This document shows positions 27,254 to 37,490 of a stretch of 64,000 bases of DNA, one piece after another. Below the pieces are notes generated by a model that was not told the origin of the DNA, made no database searches, and saw only the letters and a program-made list of their open reading frames with translations. A program made the translations under genes and the position numbers. The stretch's first letter is position 1. Each line of letters opens with the position of its first letter. This DNA is from Bacteroidales bacterium (lineage in GTDB: Bacteria; Bacteroidota; Bacteroidia; Bacteroidales; UBA12077), in NCBI GenBank assembly GCA_018334675.1, contig JAGXLL010000002.1, positions 29,205-93,204 on the forward strand, given 5' to 3'.

Positions 27254-30200
27254 TTAACTCAATGTATATTGAATCGCCGAGTTCTGATCCAGAAAATCGA
27301 TCAGGTCGTTGGTCACGTTGATGCGTCGGGAGCGTGAAAACATCTCCAGCGAGATGTTATCGGCCGGGTCAATGATCTGAAAACGCATGAGCACCCTGCC
27401 TTTTTCCGCGGTAAATTCATTGAGCTGGCTGATCAGGTCGGGATTGATCTCCGAAAGGGGCAACTTCAGTGTGATGGTACGGATCATATCTTCCCTGACT
27501 TCACTCAGCAGATGCATGTCCTTCACCTTGAACTCATACTGGTTGGGGTCGTTGAACCGGGGCTGAATGCGCCCTTTTATCATCAGGGGATAATCCTTGT
27601 AGAAAAACTTGCGAAATTCCTGGTAGTCCTTACCGAACATGATGAACTCGTAGGAATCGGTATAATCCTGGAGGGTCAGGCGGCCATAGGGTTTGTTGTT
27701 CTTGCTCACGGCGTGCTGGACCTTGACGGCGATGCCTCCTACCGTAAGATCCTTGTTGCGGTAGGTGTCGAACTCGTCGTTGAGCTGCTTAAGAGTCAGT
27801 GTGGTGAAGTGACGCAGCTCCGTCTTAAAATCATCCAGCGGATGGGCTGAAAGGTAGATGCCTACCAGTTCCTTCTCCCAATTCAGCTTCTCCAGCTTGC
27901 GCCATTCATCTGCCTCCGGCATCCTGGGACGGGCTACCTCTACCCCGCCGGCCGCTCCAAAAAGCGACTGCTGTTGCGACTGTTTATCGCTCTGGTATTT
28001 GGTGCCATACTTGATCAGGCTCTCAATAAAGACGGTTTCTTTGCCGTTTTCGGCAAAAAACTGTGACCGGTTGTGCTGTCCCAGGTTATCGAAGGCCCCG
28101 GCAGTGGCAAGCGACTCTATACTTTTCTTATTCACCGCATGCAGGTTGACGCGTTCCACAAAATCAAATACATCCTTATAGTGCCCGTTGGCCTCCCTTT
28201 CTTCGATAATCTTACGTGCCGCAGTTTCTCCCACTCCCTTGATGGCACTCAGGCCAAAGCGGATGTTTCCCTCCTGGTTGACATTGAAACGCAGCTTACT
28301 CTCATTGACATCGGGTCCCAACACCGAGATGCCCATCCTCCGGCATTCATCCATAAAAGTGGTGACCTTGTCGATGTTGGTAGACCACCGGCTGAGCACG
28401 GCCGACATGTATTCGGCAGGATAGTGGGCTTTCAGGTAGGCTGTTTGATAGGACACTAAAGCGTAACAGGTGGAATGCGACTTGTTGAACGCATATTGGG
28501 CAAAGGCTTCCCAGTCATTCCAGATCTTACTGACGGTCTTCTCCTCAAAGCCATTGTTCTTACATCCCTCAAAAAATTTCTCTTTTAGCTGCTCCATCAG
28601 CTTTTTCTTCTTCTTTCCCATGGCCTTGCGCAGGGAGTCGGCCTGCCCCTTGGTGAAACCCGCCAGCTTCTGTGAAAGGAGCATCACCTGCTCCTGGTAA
28701 ACGGTGATCCCATAGGTTTCCTCCAGGTACTCCTCCATCTCCGGCAGGGTATAATGGATCTCTTCCTGCCCGTGCTTACGCTTGATGTAGCTGGGTATGT
28801 TATCCATGGGACCCGGCCGGTACAACGCGTTCATGGCGATCAGGTCCTCGAAGCGGTTGGGTTTGAGCTGACGCAGGTTTTTCTTCATCCCGGGCGATTC
28901 AAACTGGAAAAGGGCGGTCGTCTCTCCCCGGCTGTACAACTCATACGTTTGGGGATCCTCCAGCGACACATTTTCGATGTCCACCTCGATACCCCGTGAA
29001 TCATTGACGTTCTGCACAGCATCCTTGATGATCGATAGGGTTTTGAGTCCCAGAAAATCCATCTTCAGCATGCCCACCGATTCTACATGATCACCGTCGT
29101 ATTGGGTTACCCGCAGGTTGGTATCCTTGGAAGTACAGATCGGGATATGCTCGATGAGATCGTCCTTTCCGATGATCACACCGCAGGCATGCAACCCTGT
29201 CTGCCGCAGGGAGCCTTCCAGGGTCTCGGCATACTTCAGGGTTCTTTTTACCAGGTCCTCACCGTTATCCCGCTCTTTCCTGAGCCCCGGAACTTCCTGG
29301 TAGGCTCTCTTCATCGTCATGCCGGGGTTTTCTGGTACCAGCTTGGCCAGCATGTCGGCCTTGGCCAGGGGCAGCTTCTCCACCCGGGCAATGTCACGGA
29401 TGGCCAAACGGGCTTTCATGGTACCAAAGGTGATGATGTGGGCCACCTTCTCAATGCCATATTTTTCCACCACCCAGTTAAGCACCTGATCCCTGCCGTC
29501 CTCGTCGAAGTCGATGTCGATATCGGGCATAGAGATGCGGTCGGGGTTGAGAAAACGCTCAAACAGCAGATTGTACTTGATGGGGTCCACGTCGGTGATG
29601 TTGATGCAATAGGCCACTGCCGAGCCGGCGGCAGAACCTCTGCCCGGACCTACTGATACATCCAGTTCCCTGGCAGCATTGATGAAATCCTGCACGATCA
29701 AGAAATAGCCGGGGAACCCCATCCCCTTGATCACATTAAGTTCAAAATCAATCCGTTCCCGAACTTCATCGGTGATCTCTCCATAACGTCTTTTGGCCCC
29801 TTCAAAGGTGATGTGCCGCAGATAATCATCTTCATTCTCAAAGCCTTCCGGCAAAGGAAAATCCGGCATGAGGGGCTCGGAATCCAGCTCGTATTCTTCA
29901 ATCTTATCCGCCAGCTCATGGGTATTCTCAATGGCCTCCGGCACATCGGCAAAGAGCTCAGACATCTCCCCGCTGGTCTTGAAATATTCCTGCTTGGTAT
30001 AGGTCATCCGGTCGGGATCATCCAGATCCTTGCCGGTATTGAGGCATATCAGCCGGTCGTGGGCTTCCGCATCTTCGGCATTGATAAAGTGCACATCGTT
30101 GGTGGCGATCACCCTGACCCCATGCTTGCTGGCCAGCTCCAGCAGGATGGCATTGCTCCGCTCCTCCTGCTCATATACATCGCGGTCCTTGGCAGGATTG

Positions 30201-30739
30201 CCGGAGGGATGGCGCTGCAATTCCAAATAGAAATCCTCGCCAAAAATCTCACGATACTCCAGCATCACTCTCTCAGCCTGTTCCTTGCCCTGACGCAAGG
30301 CAGCCTTGGGTACCTCACCCCCTATACAGGCTGAAGAAACGATCAGCCCCTCTGAATACTCCCTTAAAAGCTCCTTGTCAATGCGCGAGGTATAGTAAAA
30401 ACCTTCCGTCCAGCCATACGAGACCAGCTTGATCAGATTCTTATAACCGGTATGGTTCTTCGCCAAAACGATCAGGTGGTAACCGCTGCGGTCCTTCTGC
30501 CCCGATTTATCATGGCGGCTTCCTTCTGCCATATACATCTCACAACCGATGATGGGCTTGATTCCCTGGTTGCGGGCTTCATTATAAAAAGCCTTCACCC
30601 CGAACATATTGCCATGATCGGTGATGGCCACCGCCTGCATGCCATCATCTTTGGCTTTGGCGATCAGATCCGGGACATTGGAAGCCCCATCCAGTATCGA
30701 ATACTGGGTGTGCACGTGCAGATGCGTGAATCTCCCCAT
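27254..30739 (-). CDS. dnaE: DNA polymerase III alpha subunit
   Basis: PHP domain HLHVHTQYS/TDHG, GPGRGSAAGS, MPDIDIDF, YAFNKSH, OB fold. Confidence 0.98.
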   Translation of the reverse strand: MGRFTHLHVHTQYSILDGASNVPDLIAKAKDDGMQAVAITDHGNMFGVKAFYNEARNQGIKPIIGCEMYMAEGSRHDKSGQKDRSGYHLIVLAKNHTGYKNLIKLVSYGWTEGFYYTSRIDKELLREYSEGLIVSSACIGGEVPKAALRQGKEQAERVMLEYREIFGEDFYLELQRHPSGNPAKDRDVYEQEERSNAILLELASKHGVRVIATNDVHFINAEDAEAHDRLICLNTGKDLDDPDRMTYTKQEYFKTSGEMSELFADVPEAIENTHELADKIEEYELDSEPLMPDFPLPEGFENEDDYLRHITFEGAKRRYGEITDEVRERIDFELNVIKGMGFPGYFLIVQDFINAARELDVSVGPGRGSAAGSAVAYCINITDVDPIKYNLLFERFLNPDRISMPDIDIDFDEDGRDQVLNWVVEKYGIEKVAHIITFGTMKARLAIRDIARVEKLPLAKADMLAKLVPENPGMTMKRAYQEVPGLRKERDNGEDLVKRTLKYAETLEGSLRQTGLHACGVIIGKDDLIEHIPICTSKDTNLRVTQYDGDHVESVGMLKMDFLGLKTLSIIKDAVQNVNDSRGIEVDIENVSLEDPQTYELYSRGETTALFQFESPGMKKNLRQLKPNRFEDLIAMNALYRPGPMDNIPSYIKRKHGQEEIHYTLPEMEEYLEETYGITVYQEQVMLLSQKLAGFTKGQADSLRKAMGKKKKKLMEQLKEKFFEGCKNNGFEEKTVSKIWNDWEAFAQYAFNKSHSTCYALVSYQTAYLKAHYPAEYMSAVLSRWSTNIDKVTTFMDECRRMGISVLGPDVNESKLRFNVNQEGNIRFGLSAIKGVGETAARKIIEEREANGHYKDVFDFVERVNLHAVNKKSIESLATAGAFDNLGQHNRSQFFAENGKETVFIESLIKYGTKYQSDKQSQQQSLFGAAGGVEVARPRMPEADEWRKLEKLNWEKELVGIYLSAHPLDDFKTELRHFTTLTLKQLNDEFDTYRNKDLTVGGIAVKVQHAVSKNNKPYGRLTLQDYTDSYEFIMFGKDYQEFRKFFYKDYPLMIKGRIQPRFNDPNQYEFKVKDMHLLSEVREDMIRTITLKLPLSEINPDLISQLNEFTAEKGRVLMRFQIIDPADNISLEMFSRSRRINVTNDLIDFLDQNSAIQYTLS

Positions 30740-30943
30740 AAATTTCAGATTCTTTAATGTTTAAGCGATAAAAACCGCTGCGGGATTGGGTCATTAAAAT
30801 TAGTAAATTAACAGGGGTCCATGGCAAGGCCAGAGATAAAAATTATCAAAACTTGCTCCTCAAAGCAATGGAAAAGCCTGGAAATTATAAGCACCTGTTG
30901 TTAATAAATTGGTAAAATTCCTTTCGTAATAGAAATATTGTTA

Positions 30944-30951
30944 TATCTTTG
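30944..30951 (+). promoter_or_regulatory. Bacteroidota -7 promoter element for rpsP-rimM
   Basis: TATCTTTG (TAnnTTTG) about 60 nt upstream of rpsP. Confidence 0.6.
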
Positions 30952-31009
30952 CGGGACAAATTTTGAAAATAGCTTTGAAAATCACTTAAAAGCAAAATCA
31001 AGGAAGAAT

Positions 31010-31750
31010 ATGCCTGTAAAAATCAGATTAACAAGAAGAGGAAGGAAGAAGCAACCGTTTTATCACATTGTCGTTGCTGATAGTAGGGCGCCACGGGATG
31101 GTAAGTACATCGAGAAGCTCGGTATGTACGATCCTACTACGAAGCCAGCCACCATTGACTTGGATTTTGACAAAGCCTTGGACTGGGTTCAAAAAGGGGC
31201 ACAACCTACTGATACTTGTAAAGCTATTCTCTCCTACAAAGGGGTGATGATGAAGAAACACCTGCAGGAGGGAGTAAGAAAAAATGCACTTACCCAGGAG
31301 GAAGCCGACAAGAAGTTCAATGAGTGGCTGACCGACAAAGAACAGAAGATTCGGGCAGCAAGAGAGTCAGAAATCAGTAAGTTGCAAAAAGAAGAGGAAC
31401 AGCGCATAGAAGCTGAGAAGAAGATCAACCAGGAACGCGCTGAAGAGTTGGCTAAGAGAAACGCAGAGCAGGCCGAGGAAGAAAAGACTGAAGAACAGAA
31501 AGCTGAACCTGCCGAAGCAAGCGAAGAACAAGCTGAGGAGCAACCCAAAGAAGCTCAGGAACCCGCAGCGGAAGAGAAGCCTGAAGAAGAAGCCAAGGCT
31601 GAAGAAAAGGAAGAACCCGAAGCCCAGGAGGAAGAGAAAAAAGCCGAAGAGCCCAAGGAAGAGCCTGAAGCCAAAGCAGAAGAGCAAGCCGACGAAAAGA
31701 AGGAAGAAGATACCAATCAGCAGGAAGAATCTGACAAAAAAGAAGAATAA
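31010..31750 (+). CDS. rpsP: 30S ribosomal protein S16 with long acidic C-terminal extension
   Basis: [38 protein letters not shown]; E/K/A/P-rich tail. Confidence 0.96.
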   Translation: MPVKIRLTRRGRKKQPFYHIVVADSRAPRDGKYIEKLGMYDPTTKPATIDLDFDKALDWVQKGAQPTDTCKAILSYKGVMMKKHLQEGVRKNALTQEEADKKFNEWLTDKEQKIRAARESEISKLQKEEEQRIEAEKKINQERAEELAKRNAEQAEEEKTEEQKAEPAEASEEQAEEQPKEAQEPAAEEKPEEEAKAEEKEEPEAQEEEKKAEEPKEEPEAKAEEQADEKKEEDTNQQEESDKKEE

Positions 31751-31764
31751 ACCCTCAGTGGTTG

Positions 31765-32286
31765 ATGGAATTCAACGTCAGCAAGCCTCTTGGCAAGGTA
31801 CTCAAGACCCATGGCAAACAAGGGGAGCTGATCATAAGTTTTGAAGAGCATTTTCCTGAAGATTTTCAAAAGATGGAATCACTTTTCATTGAGATCAATG
31901 AGCAAGTGGTTCCATTTTTTTTGAATCGGGTTATCACCAAAACACCTACCACTGCAGTCATCAAGCTGGAAGACGTGGATACCATTGAAGAGGCCCGTGA
32001 ACTGACCGGCCTGACCTGGTATCTGCCCGGGGCCTCAACCCGGCACGAGCCTTCTCCGCAGATGCCGGAGCTTGAAGAGTTAACCGGCTTTACCCTGATC
32101 GATCAGCATGAACAGGTGATCGGGGTTATCGAAGGTTATAAGGACATCCCTTCCAACACCCTTGTGGAAGTACGACACGGGGAAAACCTGACCGCTATCC
32201 CGCTGAACGAAGAAACCCTCCACTACATCGACCCGGAGAAAAAAATCCTCAAAACCGAGGTCGCCGAAGGATTATTGGATTTATAA
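31765..32286 (+). CDS. rimM: Ribosome maturation factor RimM
   Basis: GKVLKTHGKQGEL, VPFF, EGLLDL; follows rpsP. Confidence 0.9.
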   Translation: MEFNVSKPLGKVLKTHGKQGELIISFEEHFPEDFQKMESLFIEINEQVVPFFLNRVITKTPTTAVIKLEDVDTIEEARELTGLTWYLPGASTRHEPSPQMPELEELTGFTLIDQHEQVIGVIEGYKDIPSNTLVEVRHGENLTAIPLNEETLHYIDPEKKILKTEVAEGLLDL

Positions 32287-32306
32287 GGGTTGGCAGGCAA
32301 AAGCGA

Positions 32307-32747
32307 TCATCCCTGCTCAAAATCCAGGTCCTTCTCATAATCCCTGATGCTTGCCCGCCAGATGTCCGGCAGCTCCAGCGACTGCCCCTGTGGGTAACTG
32401 AATCCCGACAGCACGGCCCGGTTCATGCATCGAACATCATCGGGTTGCTCGCCCACCAGCCTCTGGTCCATCCGCAGGCTCTTATTACCCAATTGATATA
32501 CCTTGGTCAGCACCTTTACCGGATCGTACATCATCACCGGACGTACATATTCAATCTCAATCTTCACCAATACCAGGACTTTGTCGTACCAATCCAACCG
32601 GTAACCAAATACCTCCTCAAAATATTGCAAACGGGCATAATCAAAATAATTCTGATAGACGGAGTTGTTCACATGACCCATGATATCCACATCATTGAAC
32701 CGGATCTGAATAGGGGTCTGGTGGTAAAAGGTGTAATTTTTCTCCAT
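32307..32747 (-). CDS. Acyl-CoA thioesterase (4HBT/YbgC family)
   Basis: IRFNDVDIMGHVNNSVYQNYFDYAR. Confidence 0.9.
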   Translation of the reverse strand: MEKNYTFYHQTPIQIRFNDVDIMGHVNNSVYQNYFDYARLQYFEEVFGYRLDWYDKVLVLVKIEIEYVRPVMMYDPVKVLTKVYQLGNKSLRMDQRLVGEQPDDVRCMNRAVLSGFSYPQGQSLELPDIWRASIRDYEKDLDFEQG

Positions 32748-32842
32748 GACATCAAGGCTTTGAATGGGAATAAATTTACAAAATAAGATGCAGCAATGTT
32801 CAGGAATTTTCGTCCTTGATGACAAAACCACTACATGATTGA

Positions 32843-33151
32843 ATGATGAAGATAAAGATTTTAACAGGGATCGCCGCTCTGCTATTTTCATCTGTGATAT
32901 GGACGCAGGCAGCAGATGATGCAACCTCCGGTGACAAGAAAGTGACTCGCGAAGTATCTTCTTTCACAGAAATTGAACTTTCCGTCGCAGCCAATCTGTA
33001 CCTGAAACAAGGTAGCGAACATCGTTTGGTACTGGAAGGGGATGAGGATGAGCTGGATGTGTCCATTTCAGGAAGCGGTAAAGTTCGCTATAAAGGAGCA
33101 CCCAGGGTCAATGCCAGCATATCGGGTTCGGGCAGGGCAGAGTCATATTAA
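32843..33151 (+). pseudogene. Internally deleted DUF2807 (head GIN domain) protein
   Basis: Signal peptide + REVSSFTEIELSVAANLYLKQG fused directly to the C-terminal LDVSISGSGKVRYKGAP..ISGSG; only 102 aa. Confidence 0.6.
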
Positions 33152-33157
33152 AGGTTC

Positions 33158-33724
33158 TCACTCCCGGATCACTTTCACCTCCCCGCCGGGTCCTACCTTG
33201 ATGATGGACGAAGGGGAGGCTTTTTTATTTTCATCCTGCCTCCATTGCACCACATAATCGACCGAGCGGATGATGGCCGGGTCAATTTGCTTGAAGTTGG
33301 CAGGTGAAGGCTTGTTGCTCAGGTTGGCGGAGGTCGAAACAATGGGTTTTTTGAAGCGCTTGAGCACTTCCAGGCAAAAGGGATCGCTGGTAACGCGGAT
33401 GCCGATGCTGCCATCGGAAGCCACCAGTTTTTCGGGCAAATTGCGGGCCTGATGGTAGATAAGGGTAAGGGGTTTATCGGTCACTTCCATCAGATCCCAG
33501 GCAATACCGGGCATATCCTCAACATAGCGCTCCACCCGGGCCTCCGAATCCAGCAGGATCAGCATGCTTTTCCCGGGATCCCGCTCTTTTATATTGTAAA
33601 GCCGCTCTATGGCTTGTTCGTTGGTAGCATCGCAACCCAGGCCCCATATGGTATCGGTGGGGTAAAGGATCACCCCGCCGCTGTAAAGCACATCCAGTGC
33701 CTTCTTAATATCTTCCTGCATCAT
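33158..33724 (-). CDS. tsaC: L-threonylcarbamoyladenylate synthase (YrdC/Sua5)
   Basis: YPTDTIWGLGCDA, IGIR, STSANLS motifs. Confidence 0.93.
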   Translation of the reverse strand: MMQEDIKKALDVLYSGGVILYPTDTIWGLGCDATNEQAIERLYNIKERDPGKSMLILLDSEARVERYVEDMPGIAWDLMEVTDKPLTLIYHQARNLPEKLVASDGSIGIRVTSDPFCLEVLKRFKKPIVSTSANLSNKPSPANFKQIDPAIIRSVDYVVQWRQDENKKASPSSIIKVGPGGEVKVIRE

Positions 33725-34830
33725 TGCAATAAAGCTTCCATTTGATCGATGGATTGTTCCACGTTGAATTGTTGCTCCAATCTTCTTCTGGCTTCCTTCC
33801 CCAGGCGCATACGAAGATCCCTGTTACGCAACAAATCCAGCTTTTCTTTCACACCCTGCACATCACCCTTGTTCAGCAAATAACCGGTTTCATTGTTGCG
33901 GATGATCTCCGGGTTGCTTCCTTCGTTGTAAGCAATAACAGGCTTATAACGGGCCATGGCATACATCAGGGGGTGGTTGAATCCGTTGCTGGTATTGCCG
34001 GTGACAAACACATCGATCGAATTCATGAATTCCACCAGGTTGCGGGAGCAGCTGTCCCACACCAGCATCTTCTGCAGCTCGGGGTTTCGCTTGAGCTTAT
34101 GTTTGAGGGAACGGATCAACTGTCCGTTGCCATGGATCAGGAACCTGAAATGGGCAGCATCGTCCTTCCTTTCCCTCCTGATCAGCTCGAAAAGAGTCAA
34201 AAAACGCGAAGGATGAACATCCCCGGTCATGACACCCACCATGAGCTCGCCGTTGTTCCGGTAGTCGTGGTAATTGGATGAAGCAGCCCTTTGACCTGTA
34301 ACACGCAATCCATTGTATATCACCCGGGTGGACTCCGGCCGGTACATATGGCTTTTGCTTCGAAGCATCCATATCCTGTTGGCATCGGAGTTGGTGATCA
34401 CTGTGGTGATATACCGGTTCAGGATCCAGCGGTTAATGATATTCTCCCGGACAGAAGAGACGGTGCCCCGGCGGTACACCACATTTTTTACCCCGGCAAT
34501 ACGGGCAGCCAGAGCTCCGGTTTTCACATCGGGAGGATAATTGACGAAAAGGGTGGTGATTTGATCCCGTTTGAGCCGGCGGGCGAGTTTAAGTATGTCG
34601 GCAGGCATAAAGCCACGCTTTTTGAACTTCTTTACAATCATGCCGTATCGCTTGCCTTTGGCATAAAGCCGGCCGTGAGGATTGGCCAGTATCTCCACGG
34701 TGTGCCCGCGATCAAACAGGGCCCGCCCCATTTCATAAGGCCAACGCTGATGGTTGGTCCATGAAGACGATGATGTGTAAAAGCATACCCTTATATGTGG
34801 ATCGCGTTCGCTCATAGATTGCCTGATCAT
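33721..34830 (-). CDS. GT4-family glycosyltransferase-like protein (degenerate active site)
   Basis: GT-B fold features (NS, VIYNG, IDVFV, AMA..KPVIA...G.NPEII.NNETGYL). Confidence 0.75.
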   Translation of the reverse strand: MIRQSMSERDPHIRVCFYTSSSSWTNHQRWPYEMGRALFDRGHTVEILANPHGRLYAKGKRYGMIVKKFKKRGFMPADILKLARRLKRDQITTLFVNYPPDVKTGALAARIAGVKNVVYRRGTVSSVRENIINRWILNRYITTVITNSDANRIWMLRSKSHMYRPESTRVIYNGLRVTGQRAASSNYHDYRNNGELMVGVMTGDVHPSRFLTLFELIRRERKDDAAHFRFLIHGNGQLIRSLKHKLKRNPELQKMLVWDSCSRNLVEFMNSIDVFVTGNTSNGFNHPLMYAMARYKPVIAYNEGSNPEIIRNNETGYLLNKGDVQGVKEKLDLLRNRDLRMRLGKEARRRLEQQFNVEQSIDQMEALLQ

Positions 34831-35101
34831 ATAAAATTAATACAAAATTATTATGGTTCCATATTCATCCGGGAATAATTGCAAACAAATCCATTCCAAT
34901 TGGGTTCAGTAAAATTTTGAATCCAAAAGGATTGTTCCGCAGTACCATTGAAAATCTTACTCTACGAGTTTGAGCGTTAAAAAGTTGTAACAAAATGATT
35001 GATCGAATAAATGCGTAAATCATTGTTCCATATTCCTTACCATAAATTGCCGAAAGATTTATATTTTAGAGCGAATAAAACCACACAAAAAACCATACGT
35101 T

Positions 35102-36490
35102 ATGTTTAAAAAAGAGGTTTATATAGACCGCCGCAAGAGGTTAAAAGAAAAGGTAAACAACGGCTTGATCTTTATTCCCGGCAACGGGGAGACCCCGATG
35201 AATTATCCGGGCAATGCCTATCTTTTCCGTCAGGACAGTGCTTTCCTTTATTATTTCGGTCTGGACATGCCGGACCTGGTTGGCATCATTGACCTGGACA
35301 ATGACAAGGAATACATCTTCGGAGATGATGTAAACCTGGACGACATCATCTGGATGGGACCGCAGCCCTCCATGAAGGAGCTGAGCAGCGAAGCAGGGGT
35401 GGAAAATTCCATGCCCGTAAAGGAATTGTCCGGTTTTCTGCGGAAAGCCAAAGACAAGGGTCAGAAGATCCACACGCTCCCTTTCTACCGGGCTGAGAAC
35501 ATCATTCGTTTCGCCGACTGGTTAGGCATTCATCACAACCAGGCGGGAGAGTATGTTTCAGAAGAACTGATCCATGCAGTTGTGGAAATGCGCAGCATCA
35601 AGGACAGCCATGAAATCGGGGAGCTGGAGAAGGCTGCCGCCATCGGTTATGAGATGCACGTTACCGCCATGAAGATGTGCAATCCGGGGGTATATGAAAG
35701 GGAGATATCAGGTGTGCTGGAAGGTATTCCCCGCACCTACGACGGTATGATCTCTTTCCCGGTGATCCTTACACAGCATGGAGAAACGCTGCACAACCAT
35801 TATCATGGCAACAAGCTGGAAGAAGGCAAGATGATGCTCACCGATGCAGGGGCGGAAACCAATATGCACTATGCTTCCGACATAACCCGTACCATCCCTG
35901 TTGGCGGCAGGTTCAGCGACCGTCAGAAGAGCATTTACAACATCGTGCTGGAGGCCAACGACCGGGCCAGGGAGATGACCAAGCCGGGCGTACCTTATCT
36001 GGATGTGCATACCGAAGCGGCCCGCACCATCATCAAAGGCCTGAAAGACCTTGGCATCATGAAGGGAGACGTGGAAGAGGCACTCAACAAGGGGGCCCAT
36101 GCCATGTTTATGCCTCACGGGCTGGGTCATCCCATGGGCCTGGATGTGCACGATATGGAAGGCCTGGGTGAGAACCTGGTGGGCTACGACAATGAGATCA
36201 AGCGCTCCAGTGTCTTTGGCTTCTCCGGCCTGCGATTTGGCAAGCGGGTTCAGCCCGGCCATGTCCTGACCAATGAACCGGGATGCTATTTCATTCCCGA
36301 GCTCATCGACAACTGGGAAGGTGAAAAGAAATTCAGCGAACACATCGACTACAAGAAAGTTCGTGAATTCCAGGGCTTCGGCGGAGTACGCCTGGAAGAC
36401 GACATCCTGGTCACCAACGATGGCTGTCGCATCCTGGGCAAACGCATCCCCATCACCGTTGAGGAAGTGGAAAAAACCATGAACACCTAA
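35102..36490 (+). CDS. Xaa-Pro aminopeptidase (M24B)
   Basis: FRQDS.F.Y, DAGAE..YASDITRT, HGLGH.MGLDVHD, EPG, RLEDD. Confidence 0.93.
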   Translation: MFKKEVYIDRRKRLKEKVNNGLIFIPGNGETPMNYPGNAYLFRQDSAFLYYFGLDMPDLVGIIDLDNDKEYIFGDDVNLDDIIWMGPQPSMKELSSEAGVENSMPVKELSGFLRKAKDKGQKIHTLPFYRAENIIRFADWLGIHHNQAGEYVSEELIHAVVEMRSIKDSHEIGELEKAAAIGYEMHVTAMKMCNPGVYEREISGVLEGIPRTYDGMISFPVILTQHGETLHNHYHGNKLEEGKMMLTDAGAETNMHYASDITRTIPVGGRFSDRQKSIYNIVLEANDRAREMTKPGVPYLDVHTEAARTIIKGLKDLGIMKGDVEEALNKGAHAMFMPHGLGHPMGLDVHDMEGLGENLVGYDNEIKRSSVFGFSGLRFGKRVQPGHVLTNEPGCYFIPELIDNWEGEKKFSEHIDYKKVREFQGFGGVRLEDDILVTNDGCRILGKRIPITVEEVEKTMNT

Positions 36491-36548
36491 GGTTACACTT
36501 GAATGAAACCATCGCCTAATAGTCGCTGAGCGCCTGTTAGATGATAAG

Positions 36549-36590
36549 AAAAAAGGGATCTCCGGCAGTCGCCGGACAGATCCCTTTTTT
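36549..36590. terminator. Bidirectional intrinsic terminator
   Basis: AAAAAAGGGATCTCCGGC-AGTC-GCCGGACAGATCCCTTTTTT between convergent pepP and sdhB. Confidence 0.85.
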
Positions 36591-36701
36591 GATGGATATC
36601 ATTTATGGGGGATGATCTCTCTGGTCGTTTTTTCAGGCATCATTTGCGGAGAATGTTCCCCCTTATGCTCCTCCCCGAGATACATGGGTCCTGCCAGGTG
36701 C

Positions 36702-37454
36702 TCAGTCCTTTTCCTCAGAAAAAGAGGCCTTCAGATATTCGCGGTTCATGCGGGCTATGTGATCGAGGGAAATCGACTTGGGACATTCAACCTCGCATGC
36801 TTCGGTGGAAGTACAGCTTCCGAATCCCAGCTCTTCCATCTTAGCCACCATATTGAGGGCCCGTCTTTTGGCCTCCGGTTTGCCCTGGGGAAGCAAGGCC
36901 AGTTGAGATATCTTGGCTGCCACAAAAAGCGTGGCAGAGGAATTTTTGCAGGCCGCCACACAGGCTCCACATCCAATGCATACTCCGGCATCAAAGGCCC
37001 TTTCCGCATGCTGCCTCTTGACAGGCGTAGAGTTGGCCTCCGGCGCCGACCCCGTATCGACCGATACGAACCCTCCCGCATCCATGATCTTCTCAAAAGC
37101 ACTGCGGTCGACGATCAGATCTTTGATCACGGGAAAAGCTTGGGCCCGCCAGGGTTCCACTACGATGGTCTGACCGTCGCGGAAAGAACGCATGTGCAAC
37201 TGGCAGGTGGCTACTTCCTTTTCCGGACCATGGGGCCGGCCATTGATAAACAGACCACACGACCCGCATATGCCTTCGCGGCAATCATGCTCGTATGCCA
37301 CCGGGTCCTCCCCCTTCTCTATGAGTTGTTTGTTCAGGGCATCCAACATCTCCAGAAAGGACATCTCCGGATTGATATCATTCAGCGAATAATCAACGAA
37401 CTGACCCTTCGTCTGGGCATTGGGCTGGCGCCATATTTTGAGTTGTACTTTCAT
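36702..37454 (-). CDS. sdhB: Succinate dehydrogenase/fumarate reductase Fe-S subunit
   Basis: [22 protein letters not shown].....CEVECP. Confidence 0.95.
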   Translation of the reverse strand: MKVQLKIWRQPNAQTKGQFVDYSLNDINPEMSFLEMLDALNKQLIEKGEDPVAYEHDCREGICGSCGLFINGRPHGPEKEVATCQLHMRSFRDGQTIVVEPWRAQAFPVIKDLIVDRSAFEKIMDAGGFVSVDTGSAPEANSTPVKRQHAERAFDAGVCIGCGACVAACKNSSATLFVAAKISQLALLPQGKPEAKRRALNMVAKMEELGFGSCTSTEACEVECPKSISLDHIARMNREYLKASFSEEKD

Positions 37455-37490
37455 ATCAGCAGATTTTGAATATTATTGGATTGGGATATA

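Noticed and set aside
27254-30739. Intein or split in dnaE
   Set aside because: Normal length (1161 aa), continuous motifs, no intein splice signatures
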